Origin: a virus
Taxonomy: Duplodnaviria; Caudoviricetes
Direction: 5' to 3' (one strand)
IMG/VR virus record: IMGVR_UViG_2595698395_000001
Location: 1 to 64,000 of that record
Length of the DNA stretch: 64,000 nt
The notes beneath the pieces were generated by a model. The model searched no databases and was not told the origin of the DNA. It saw only the letters and a list, made by a program, of their open reading frames with translations. Shown here in pieces: positions 24,934-33,528 of this stretch; within the stretch, counting starts at the first letter, position 1; every line of letters begins with the position of its first letter. The position numbers were made by a program, and so were the translations under genes.

Positions 24934-25112
24934 CCAATGGGATATAAAGACGAGAACATCAAGCACAGAATGGGGTTTAATACTAGTAAACCTAAATACA
25001 AATGCCCTTATTGCAAGGGCGGCATAGGCGTTAAGGCATCTTTTGTGAGTTGTCCTACATGCAAGAAGGTAGTAGACGGAGACGATTTAATAACAAGTAA
25101 ATAAAGGGGATT

Positions 25113-25283
25113 ATGGAATACATAAGTGTAAAAGAAAGATTACCAAAAGATAATAGATTCAGACACGTTATGTGTACTGATGGAGTTAATATATGTTATT
25201 ATTGTGAGTTTGGAGAAAACTGGTTTAATAGACAGCATGACTGTATTTACAATGTCGTATCATGGCAAGAACTACCAGATTAA
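25113..25283 (+). CDS. DUF551-like small protein (not in ORF track)
   Basis: MEYISVKERLPK...VVSWQELPD. Confidence 0.6.
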   Translation: MEYISVKERLPKDNRFRHVMCTDGVNICYYCEFGENWFNRQHDCIYNVVSWQELPD

Positions 25284-25322
25284 GTAGATGTAAATATATC
25301 AATGTAACTAAATAAAACTAAA

Positions 25323-25694
25323 ATGGAATTAACAGGAAAGTGTGAAGAAGAATTTGAAAAGTGGTTAAAAGATAGCGAATTAAATATAGATGTAGTTCCT
25401 TATGTATCTGGAGTTTATTGGAAAGTGGTTGATTTACTTAAAAGAATGCCTAACGAAATGCAATGGGGAGTTTATCAAAAATACTTTGATAGTGTAGGAT
25501 TGATATTGGATATGCAGCCCGTTCTTGACTATAATGATATTTGCTATACTAAATTAAATCATTTTTTGGTAAAAGTATTTGAGTTAAACGAAACAGAACA
25601 AACAGAAATTATAATTAAAAAAACAAGAATAGAGTCTCAAAAAATATCTATAGATAAAGCAAACGAACTAAGAAACAAACAACTAAATAAATAG
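25323..25694 (+). CDS. hypothetical flavobacterial phage protein
   Basis: MELTGKC.EEFEKW...MQWGVY..YFDSVG. Confidence 0.7.
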   Translation: MELTGKCEEEFEKWLKDSELNIDVVPYVSGVYWKVVDLLKRMPNEMQWGVYQKYFDSVGLILDMQPVLDYNDICYTKLNHFLVKVFELNETEQTEIIIKKTRIESQKISIDKANELRNKQLNK

Positions 25695-25697
25695 ATT

Positions 25698-25952
25698 ATG
25701 TTTCCAAAAGAAAAAGCGAAAGAGTTGGTTAATAAGTTTAAAAAACATGCAGAAAGTTATTGTTCAATGAGTTCGGGTTTAGAGAGGCTTTCAATAGCTA
25801 ATACTATTTTAATGAACTCTAAGCAATGCGCTAAAATTTGTGTAAAAGAAATAATAACAGAATTAAATAGTATAGAGAGTAAAGATTTAAGTGATTTACA
25901 ATTTTGGAATGAGGTTGATTACGAAATAGATTCAATTCAAAATATAGATTAA
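25698..25952 (+). CDS. hypothetical phage protein
   Basis: PKEKAKELV.KF...KQCA.ICV.EI...W.EV..EI. Confidence 0.7.
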   Translation: MFPKEKAKELVNKFKKHAESYCSMSSGLERLSIANTILMNSKQCAKICVKEIITELNSIESKDLSDLQFWNEVDYEIDSIQNID

Positions 25953-26171
25953 ATGAAACTATTATCTAACGGAAAAGTAATACTAGATCCGCAAGAATAC
26001 GCTAATGTATTAGAAACCATTAAAAGCCAAAAGAAGCTATTAGCAAGCAATAACTTTTACATGGAGAAATGGACTAAAGAAATTAACGCTCTAAATAAAG
26101 AATTAGAGATTAAAGAAACTGAATTAAACGAAAGCCATTGCGGTGGATGTGTTAAAAATAAAAGAGAATAA
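25953..26171 (+). CDS. hypothetical protein
   Basis: ORF abutting upstream gene. Confidence 0.55.
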   Translation: MKLLSNGKVILDPQEYANVLETIKSQKKLLASNNFYMEKWTKEINALNKELEIKETELNESHCGGCVKNKRE

Positions 26172-26326
26172 CTAATGAAGGAGTTAAATGAAAAAATGAA
26201 TTATCATTTTGACAACATTGATAAAGAAAAGTTTAGAAACGATTGGAATAATATTGTAACTGAGTCTATTTCTATTGATTTAGATCCTGATGAATTTATT
26301 TCTTATCACAGATAAAATATAAGGCC

Positions 26327-26638
26327 ATGAAGATACCAAAAAGCTTTAAGTTATTCGCTACTACAATAAACGTTGAGTTCGATAGTGAGACGTTAAGCTA
26401 CAACTCTACATTGGGAGACTGTAGTTTTTGCGACAACAAAATAAATCTTAGCGATAGTTATAAAGGAAATCCTATTCCAGAATCAACAATTGTTGACACG
26501 TTTTATCACGAGCGAACACATGTTATACTCGATGCAATGGGAAGACACGAGTTATCTCAGGACGAAGAATTTGTTGAGGTATTCTCTAGGCTCCTAAGAC
26601 AAGCAGACGAGACTGCGGAATTTGATAAAAGAGAGTAA
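26327..26638 (+). CDS. HExxH zinc-metallopeptidase-like protein
   Basis: TFYHERTHVIL...DEEFV. Confidence 0.75.
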   Translation: MKIPKSFKLFATTINVEFDSETLSYNSTLGDCSFCDNKINLSDSYKGNPIPESTIVDTFYHERTHVILDAMGRHELSQDEEFVEVFSRLLRQADETAEFDKRE

Positions 26639-26644
26639 CCCTTA

Positions 26645-27115
26645 ATGGACGGAAGAAAACTGCTTGCGGAGATTGATGCGTACGCTTCCAAGTGTTGGAG
26701 GCGTATCAATACCCATTACGGTTATTTTACGTACAGCTTTAGTTCCTACAGGCATAAAGTTATGATTGACGATCTTAAAATGAAAGAGTTAATCAATGAC
26801 TGCGAAGAAGGAAAAATTAGTTACCAGGACATTGTATTTTTTATCAAAATAGTAACCATGCTAAAATTTAGCAGAGAATTTCACGAAGCTGCAGTGGTCC
26901 GGATAACCAAAGAAGACATGAAAGGATTCTGTAATAACAACTCATACAAGTCTAGTAAAGAAAAACTTATAGAGTATAAGCTATTGATACCTACCATTAG
27001 CCGGAACCATTTCATAATCAACCCAAGGTACATCAATAAGTTCTACAAAACTAAGGTTGATATGTCGCCAGAGGACTTCAAAGAGTATAAGGAAAAACGA
27101 TTGAATAAAGAGTAA
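26645..27115 (+). CDS. winged-helix/RepL-like protein
   Basis: KLIEYKLL......FIINPRY. Confidence 0.5.
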   Translation: MDGRKLLAEIDAYASKCWRRINTHYGYFTYSFSSYRHKVMIDDLKMKELINDCEEGKISYQDIVFFIKIVTMLKFSREFHEAAVVRITKEDMKGFCNNNSYKSSKEKLIEYKLLIPTISRNHFIINPRYINKFYKTKVDMSPEDFKEYKEKRLNKE

Positions 27116-27222
27116 CTATAGAATTTTCAAATAGTTACTCTTTTTTTTGTTCCAAATCCCGTATAAACCACTTTTTTGGTTATATTTGCTTTATACTTAT
27201 TACAAATTAAACGGGAAACAGT

Positions 27223-27480
27223 ATGAATCACGAATTGAAAGTTCAACAAGTAGTATTAAGCGGAGACGATTACTTGAATCTACACAGAACTATAACGGCA
27301 TTAGAAAAACAGAATGCAGATCAGATTAAGATTATCAATAATTTGCAAGACCTACACATTAAAATGCGCGCGAATGGAATAGGTATTGATGATAGTGCGT
27401 ATGGAGCAAAAAAAATAGTTGTCTTAAACCAATTTAACGATGAAGCTACTCTTAGTATTCGCGTTCAATCTAGAGATTAA
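27223..27480 (+). CDS. hypothetical protein
   Basis: follows TATATTTG promoter at 27181. Confidence 0.6.
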   Translation: MNHELKVQQVVLSGDDYLNLHRTITALEKQNADQIKIINNLQDLHIKMRANGIGIDDSAYGAKKIVVLNQFNDEATLSIRVQSRD

Positions 27481-27498
27481 TCACAAACAATAAATAAA

Positions 27499-27783
27499 AT
27501 GGCAAGATCAAAAAAATCGACTCCGGCAAGCGGAGATGAATTAGACTTAACAACAAGTGCTAAGGCTAAAGAAGAAGTTACTCCAACTAAAGAGATTGAG
27601 GTAAAGGAACCGGAAACAGTAGAAACTCCCAAGGAAGAGGTTGTAGCTAAACCTGCAAAGATCGAGTGGGACATTAAGAAGTTAGCTACTCAGAAAACAA
27701 TAACAGTTATTACAAACTATATCAACAAAGGAGCAGTAGACTCTACGGAGTTAGAAGCGTTGTTAGATAGCTGTGTAAAGTAA
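27499..27783 (+). CDS. hypothetical low-complexity protein
   Basis: E/K/P/T-rich ORF. Confidence 0.65.
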   Translation: MARSKKSTPASGDELDLTTSAKAKEEVTPTKEIEVKEPETVETPKEEVVAKPAKIEWDIKKLATQKTITVITNYINKGAVDSTELEALLDSCVK

Positions 27784-27795
27784 TACAGTAGTGTT

Positions 27796-27876
27796 TAGGC
27801 AGTATATTATAATGATGAAGTTGGTACATCACCCAGTTTGGTTTATAAGTCGTGGGTTCGAGTCCCACCTGCCTAT
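27796..27876 (+). pseudogene. atypical tRNA-like element (Pro-TGG-derived?)
   Basis: acceptor TAGGCAG/CTGCCTA, perfect T arm GTGGG-TTCGAGT-CCCAC, D-like arm GATG/CATC, anticodon stem not pairing. Confidence 0.6.
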
Positions 27877-27902
27877 CTAAATAATTAATAAATCGGGAAA
27901 AG

Positions 27903-28259
27903 ATGACAAATAGATTTAAAGAGGCTAATTCAAGAGTTATACAGTGGGCGGCAGTAAAAGGAATTTTAGCCAAGGCAACTCCTTTAACTCAACACTCTAA
28001 AACAGAAGAAGAGGTTGCGGAACTTAAAGAGGCTTTATACTTCAAAAACAATGACGTTGTTAGTTATAAAAACTCGAAAGGAAAATCGGTATATACTGAC
28101 GAAGAAGTTAAGGATGCTATAGGAGATATATTAGTTACTTTATTAATACAATGTGGACTTCAGGATTTAGATCCATTAGACTGCCTAGAATCGGCTTTAG
28201 ATGTGATCGAAAACCGTACAGGCAGAATGGTTAATGGTCAATTCGTTAAAGATGAATAA
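27903..28259 (+). CDS. MazG-like nucleotide pyrophosphohydrolase
   Basis: WA..KGI...Q..K..EEVAEL, DAIGDILVTL, CLE.A...I..RTG.MVNG.FVK. Confidence 0.85.
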   Translation: MTNRFKEANSRVIQWAAVKGILAKATPLTQHSKTEEEVAELKEALYFKNNDVVSYKNSKGKSVYTDEEVKDAIGDILVTLLIQCGLQDLDPLDCLESALDVIENRTGRMVNGQFVKDE

Positions 28260-28554
28260 ATCTAAAGAAAACTTTACCACTATCATGTCATCTTTGCAGC
28301 AGCAGCACGACTCGGACATTCAGTTTGCAAAGGATGCAAGTATACTACTTAAATCAGAAGTTAACCCTTACAATAACTCACTACTTGTAAAACTATTGGT
28401 AGACGTTATGGCTTCTTGGTTTGGTGCAGAAGATTCCAAAGACCGCATAAACCACTTCATGTACGGAATGGATTTTGGAAGATATAAAGAAAAAGAGGTC
28501 GTATCAATAAATGACCTATGGGATTCACTAGTAAAAAACAGCCAAAATGAATAA
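28252..28554 (+). CDS. hypothetical protein
   Basis: likely start MNKSKE; I.HFMY.MDFG motif. Confidence 0.6.
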   Translation: MNKSKENFTTIMSSLQQQHDSDIQFAKDASILLKSEVNPYNNSLLVKLLVDVMASWFGAEDSKDRINHFMYGMDFGRYKEKEVVSINDLWDSLVKNSQNE

Positions 28555-28786
28555 TATAGAATGGATTCCTGTAAAGAGCTCACAGATTAAAGAGATAGGC
28601 CACGACGGGGACTTAACACTTTACATTAAGTTTAAAAGAAAAGATACGGTTTATTCATACTGGCCGATAGAAAATATACAGTTCATTGAGTTCAAGGATG
28701 CGGAAAGCATTGGAAGCTATTTCCATCAAAACTTAAAAATGAACAAGACTCTTGTTATCACCAACGAGAGTAAGAAAAATACGTAG
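28547..28786 (+). CDS. KTSC domain protein
   Basis: PVKSSQIKEIGH....LYIKF....YSY......F..AESIGSYF. Confidence 0.85.
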   Translation: MNNIEWIPVKSSQIKEIGHDGDLTLYIKFKRKDTVYSYWPIENIQFIEFKDAESIGSYFHQNLKMNKTLVITNESKKNT

Positions 28787-28908
28787 CCTAATTGGAGATT
28801 TAAAATTTACCTGTCTGTAGATTGGATTGTCGGTATGGTTGTTTCATAAGTTCGGAGCTAATTAGGTGATATATTCATAAACTCCTACAAATATCGATTT
28901 GACTGGCT

Positions 28909-28935
28909 TACCAGTGAAAAGTAACTGGTTTTTTA
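28909..28935 (+). terminator. intrinsic terminator
   Basis: ACCAGT-gaaaagta-ACTGGT-TTTTT. Confidence 0.6.
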
Positions 28936-29063
28936 ATTTCAAACAAATGAATTGTACATATTGCGATAAGCTAATACCACCTGACCAAGAAAGATACTTA
29001 GGTGAAAGTGAATTGGCATTTTGCGAAGAGTGCTTTAAGATAATAAATTAAACTAAGGGAAAA

Positions 29064-29645
29064 ATGCAAAAAGAATTTACAACAGAACAATTATTGGATC
29101 AACACATCAAGAATAAAAACGGTGTAATTTTCAATGTGTTCTTACACGAGACTAGAAACGATATTTGTTACTTAAGAAGAGCTAATAAATACACTAGGAA
29201 AAACATAAGAGAAATTAAGCAAGGAATTGTTGACGGCACCTGGATTAGAATCAATGAACACGAATTAAAAAAGTTCATGAAAGAGGATAACGATAAAATG
29301 ATTAGCCTTACTAGAAAAATGGTAAAGAGAACTATCATTACTCAACTTCTATTAGAGGGAGACGACGAACTTAAAGTGGATTACGAAGACGATAAGTACT
29401 TTAAGAGCACACTAGAGAAGAGTAATCGAGAATGTGAGCGCATAGCATCAAGACAATTCGATAAGGTGTATGACGCGGATAATGTGACTTCCCAAAACCT
29501 AATGAATGCCGTTGACCGAGTTACAACAAAACTAGCAAGCCTAGATATTTCAGATTATCCATTCTTTGAGAACTTAATTGACGATTATTTCGCCAATAGA
29601 GAAGAGCACTTAAAAAGAGAAACATTTTTTACTAAAGTAGATTAA
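29064..29645 (+). CDS. hypothetical protein
   Basis: 193 aa ORF. Confidence 0.65.
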   Translation: MQKEFTTEQLLDQHIKNKNGVIFNVFLHETRNDICYLRRANKYTRKNIREIKQGIVDGTWIRINEHELKKFMKEDNDKMISLTRKMVKRTIITQLLLEGDDELKVDYEDDKYFKSTLEKSNRECERIASRQFDKVYDADNVTSQNLMNAVDRVTTKLASLDISDYPFFENLIDDYFANREEHLKRETFFTKVD

Positions 29646-29650
29646 CATAA

Positions 29651-30100
29651 ATGCTAACATTAACAATATTAGGGACGCCAATACCAAAACAATCTGCTAG
29701 GTTTAGAATAGTTAAAGGGAAAGGGAAAGGGAATTGGATTTCATCTTACCAAAAGAAATCTGTTAAAGATGCAGCCAAAAGTATAGCCGACCAGATAAGA
29801 GAGCAATTGCCAAAAGGATTTGAAATAATTGACAGCCCTATTCAAATGGATATTCTGTTTGTGTTTCCTCCATTAAAATCTTGGAGTAAGAAAAAAGTAA
29901 AACAACTAAAAGACGGAGAAACTATATACAAAGACACTAAACCAGATATAGATAACACTACTAAAAATTTATTAGATGCAATGGAGAAATTAGTTTTTGC
30001 TAATGATTCTAGGATTTGCAGAATAAGGATTCAAAAAATATATGGATTTGAGCCAAGAACCGAAGTTAACTTAAAAGAAATTTATCATGAAACCAATTAA
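29651..30100 (+). CDS. rusA: RusA family Holliday junction resolvase
   Basis: G.PIPKQSAR, KPDIDN..K.LLDA......NDS.I, KIYG. Confidence 0.9.
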   Translation: MLTLTILGTPIPKQSARFRIVKGKGKGNWISSYQKKSVKDAAKSIADQIREQLPKGFEIIDSPIQMDILFVFPPLKSWSKKKVKQLKDGETIYKDTKPDIDNTTKNLLDAMEKLVFANDSRICRIRIQKIYGFEPRTEVNLKEIYHETN

Positions 30101-30335
30101 AAAACAAATATTTGCTGAGATAGTAGATAACGAGACTACACAATCTGGAATAATCATTGTTGGAGAATCTTCTGTTAAAAGAAATATTGCCAAGGTTATA
30201 GCTATCGGATCGCAAGTAGAAAATGTGAAAGTTGGTGATACTATCGACTACAACAAATTTGAAGCTACAGAATACACACACGAAGGTAAAAAGTGTATCT
30301 TTGTTAAAGAAGTAGGAACGCTATTTATACACTAA
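30087..30335 (+). CDS. GroES-like co-chaperonin
   Basis: MKPI....TTQSGIII...AKVIAIG..V..VKVGD.I.Y. Confidence 0.85.
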   Translation: MKPIKKQIFAEIVDNETTQSGIIIVGESSVKRNIAKVIAIGSQVENVKVGDTIDYNKFEATEYTHEGKKCIFVKEVGTLFIH

Positions 30336-30338
30336 TGC

Positions 30339-30587
30339 ATGATTACACTAAATGTTTTTATTTATCCGGAAGATGATATAACTAGAATAGAAAACGACAT
30401 TGATCCAATAACTCCAATGGACCAATGTGAATACTTAGAGTGCACGTTTTACCAAATAGCATACGTTAGGAGGTATGATGATAATTTCGCAGAAGTTGGA
30501 AGCAACGGAGAATCATTTGTTGTCGCGCACTCTATGGAAGAAGTAAATATGAAAATACAATTAGATGGTGCAATATACCTAAACTAA
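30339..30587 (+). CDS. hypothetical protein
   Basis: short ORF ending operon. Confidence 0.6.
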   Translation: MITLNVFIYPEDDITRIENDIDPITPMDQCEYLECTFYQIAYVRRYDDNFAEVGSNGESFVVAHSMEEVNMKIQLDGAIYLN

Positions 30588-31210
30588 TAAAGTTTTTCCC
30601 TGAACTTATCTGGACTACGCTTAGATTCTGTTTTTAATTTAAGCATAAGTTTTTCTCTAATTCTATCAATCCTAGAAACCTTACTACTTCTAAAAGGGTT
30701 TAAATCAGATTTGATAGTTATTGTTTTTTCTCCAGAAAGATACTTGTAGAAATCCATTACCGCGTTCAAAGACCTTTCGGTTAACTTATAAATATTACCT
30801 GCGCTATCCACCTTCTTAACACACAACTCAATATATCCTAAATCCTCCATAGTTTTTATATGGAGGTTGTGTTGTTTTAGTCCTAGTTGCCTAAAATCAT
30901 CTAATGTAAAAAACTGAATAGGGAACAAATAAAGCAATGCTTCTAGTTCCGAATAATGTTTGATGTTATATAGTTTGCATATAAACGGCCTTACAACAAT
31001 CAAATGCTGCAGCAGATTATACCCTTCCACAAAATTATAGAGAACAGTCTTATCTTCTCGATTGTATTTCCTCTTCAATTTTGGATTAGAACTACTGTTT
31101 GAAATTTTAGCCTTGTTTGCTATAATAGTTTTTCTGGTACTTTCACTTAAATTCGCAAGTGCTTCTTTATCAGATAATTCTCCTTTCTTCAATTTTAAAT
31201 CTTTTTTCAT
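30584..31210 (-). CDS. winged-helix-like protein, possible regulator
   Basis: solitary minus gene divergent from fibre operon; MEDLGYIE....YKLT pattern. Confidence 0.55.
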   Translation of the reverse strand: MKKDLKLKKGELSDKEALANLSESTRKTIIANKAKISNSSSNPKLKRKYNREDKTVLYNFVEGYNLLQHLIVVRPFICKLYNIKHYSELEALLYLFPIQFFTLDDFRQLGLKQHNLHIKTMEDLGYIELCVKKVDSAGNIYKLTERSLNAVMDFYKYLSGEKTITIKSDLNPFRSSKVSRIDRIREKLMLKLKTESKRSPDKFREKLY

Positions 31211-31272
31211 GAAATTTATGATATAATAGTTTTATATTACAAAAATACACTTATTAATATAAATATATTTTA

Positions 31273-31280
31273 TACTTTTG
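31273..31280 (+). promoter_or_regulatory. Bacteroidota -7 promoter element
   Basis: TACTTTTG upstream of 31309. Confidence 0.6.
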
Positions 31281-31308
31281 TAGTATTCAATAGAAAAAAC
31301 CTATAGCA

Positions 31309-31641
31309 ATGTCATTAATCAACGATGAAGCAATTTACGCTTTAACACAAATGGTCGAAGGAGGCACTGTTTTAGGCTCTTTACCAAAAACACATCCTAC
31401 TAATCCAGGAGGTACCGTTCAATATTCTGTTTCAGGAATATTAGACTTCATAACAGGAAAATTAGATTTCGTACACTACAATAACGCAACAAGAGCAGGG
31501 CAGACTGTTTTAATAAACGATCCAGATTTACCAGAAACTTACTTGGCCGCAATAAACGATGGAGCAAAATGTATTTGCACACTTAAGGTTTATCCTCCTA
31601 CTTCAGATTCAGATGTTTCATTCATTGTAAAACTTAGGTAG
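31309..31641 (+). CDS. hypothetical virion-associated protein
   Basis: first gene of fibre cluster. Confidence 0.6.
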   Translation: MSLINDEAIYALTQMVEGGTVLGSLPKTHPTNPGGTVQYSVSGILDFITGKLDFVHYNNATRAGQTVLINDPDLPETYLAAINDGAKCICTLKVYPPTSDSDVSFIVKLR

Positions 31642-31643
31642 AT

Positions 31644-31856
31644 ATGGCAACAACAGTATTAATAATTTCTTCTGCGGCATTAGCAATAAGCATATACTCA
31701 GCATTCTTTAAAAAACCTCACACAAAAATAGATGGTAAAAGAATACTTACAATTTTGGATTCAGAAATGAATGTATCAACTAAGATTGTTGGAGACAAAA
31801 GAGTATTGGTTGACGAGCAAGGAGAAGTTTTAGATAAAAAACGAATCAACATATAA
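31644..31856 (+). CDS. small membrane-anchored protein
   Basis: N-terminal TM helix. Confidence 0.6.
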   Translation: MATTVLIISSAALAISIYSAFFKKPHTKIDGKRILTILDSEMNVSTKIVGDKRVLVDEQGEVLDKKRINI

Positions 31857-31863
31857 CGCAACA

Positions 31864-33285
31864 ATGAAAAATAAAATAACCATAATAATGATTTTGATGT
31901 CTATATCTTTCGGATATTCTCAGGTGTTGGTACCAGAGAATACCGGTTACGGATATGACAACTTAACAACTGTAGAGCTAAATGCTCTTACCAAAAAGAA
32001 GGTAGGGGATATTTATTACAATGCAGATTTAGGGTATCACGTAAAATGGAACGGAGTAATCTTTGAAAGTTTAGCTAGTGGTATTTCAGGAATAGATCCT
32101 GCTGACCAGGATAAGCTTAACAATATTTCAATTACTCAGCCGGTTAATTTAGATACTGTAGAATCTTTAGCTAATTCAGCATTACAAACAGAAACCGATC
32201 CAACAACTACTCCGGACAACATAAAATCAAAATTAGAATCACTTACCGGAACAAATAGATTAGATGCTTTTGCTATAAAGAACTTATCAGCACAAGAAAC
32301 GGACCCTAACTTAACTAAATCTAACGTAGAAGGCTTAGGAATTAGCTATACAAGTTTAAGTGATGTTCCTGCTGTTAGCCCGCCTTTAACTTTTGGAACA
32401 GGATTAACGAGGACTGGCGACAACATTGTTTTAGATAACCCATTTACAACAGCAAACGAAACGACATTAAATAGTGCGTTACAATCAGAAACAGACCCTT
32501 TATATTCTGCATGGGATAAGGAGTATACTGATTTAATAAATAGACCTGTAAACTTAATCACATACGACCCGTTAACCGCACAAGATGTGCAAATAAGCGT
32601 TTTAGGTGGTAGCGATTCAGAAAGTTATATTTTAGAGTTCGACCCAAACGGTTATGATTATAGTGGTGAACCAAGCGGAACAGGAACAGTGTCTCAAACA
32701 ATTATAGACGGAGATACTAATGCGGTTAGTGGAAACGCTGTTTTTGATGGATTAAGCAGTAAATTGAACTTGTCAGGTGGCACAATGACTGGCGAATTGG
32801 ATTTAAGTTTATTAATGCCATCTTCTGCTGTTAGTTTTATTGGGTCAAATACAGACCCTTTTTCTTCTGGATCATTCAAAGACTTTAACGTATCAGATGG
32901 TTCTACTTTAATTGATTATCAATTTTCTCCAACTTCTACAGCTCTATCTATAAGAACAAACACACTAGTGAATCAAACGGCTTATACTGCAAAATACACA
33001 CTACCGCACACAGGAACACCAGTTAACGATACTGATTTAATTACTAAAGGTTATGCGGATGCTACTTACGGTTCTGGTGGAGGTGATAATTTAGGTAATC
33101 ATTTAGCTACGGAAGATATAGAAATGGATGGTTTTTGGTTAAGAGATGTCGGAAACATTACTAGTCAGAATGGATTTATAGGAATAGCCACAATAGAAGG
33201 ATTAAATTCAACTAGTTTTTTAACTATTACAGGAGATGCAACAGTAAGAAATAGATTTACTTTTTTCCTAGAAACGAAAGTCTAG
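31864..33285 (+). CDS. tail fibre-like protein with signal peptide (N-part; continues in -1 frame)
   Basis: ETDP repeats, KLNLSGGTMTG, GGGDNLGNH.AT fibre motifs. Confidence 0.75.
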   Translation: MKNKITIIMILMSISFGYSQVLVPENTGYGYDNLTTVELNALTKKKVGDIYYNADLGYHVKWNGVIFESLASGISGIDPADQDKLNNISITQPVNLDTVESLANSALQTETDPTTTPDNIKSKLESLTGTNRLDAFAIKNLSAQETDPNLTKSNVEGLGISYTSLSDVPAVSPPLTFGTGLTRTGDNIVLDNPFTTANETTLNSALQSETDPLYSAWDKEYTDLINRPVNLITYDPLTAQDVQISVLGGSDSESYILEFDPNGYDYSGEPSGTGTVSQTIIDGDTNAVSGNAVFDGLSSKLNLSGGTMTGELDLSLLMPSSAVSFIGSNTDPFSSGSFKDFNVSDGSTLIDYQFSPTSTALSIRTNTLVNQTAYTAKYTLPHTGTPVNDTDLITKGYADATYGSGGGDNLGNHLATEDIEMDGFWLRDVGNITSQNGFIGIATIEGLNSTSFLTITGDATVRNRFTFFLETKV

Positions 33286-33524
33286 ATAATGGAGTTCCTA
33301 GTGAAGGAATGGTGTATTGGAATAGTTTAGAAAACAGGTTAAAGGCTTATGACGGAACAAGTTATAAAAACTTTTTACTAGACGGAGACGAAAGAACAAG
33401 CGGAACAACGGCTAACAGACCAAGTTCACCAGCTACGGGAAAATTCTACTTAGATACTACTCTTAATTTACCAATATGGTATAACGGCACAAACTGGATA
33501 GACGCAACAGGAACAACAAGATAA
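33267..33524 (+). CDS. C-terminal fibre segment in -1 frame
   Basis: open from CCT AGA AAC; EGMVYWNS...YDG and SGTTANRP....G.FYLDTTL..PIWYNGTNW.DATG motifs. Confidence 0.7.
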   Translation, partial: PRNESLDNGVPSEGMVYWNSLENRLKAYDGTSYKNFLLDGDERTSGTTANRPSSPATGKFYLDTTLNLPIWYNGTNWIDATGTTR

Positions 33525-33528
33525 GAAA

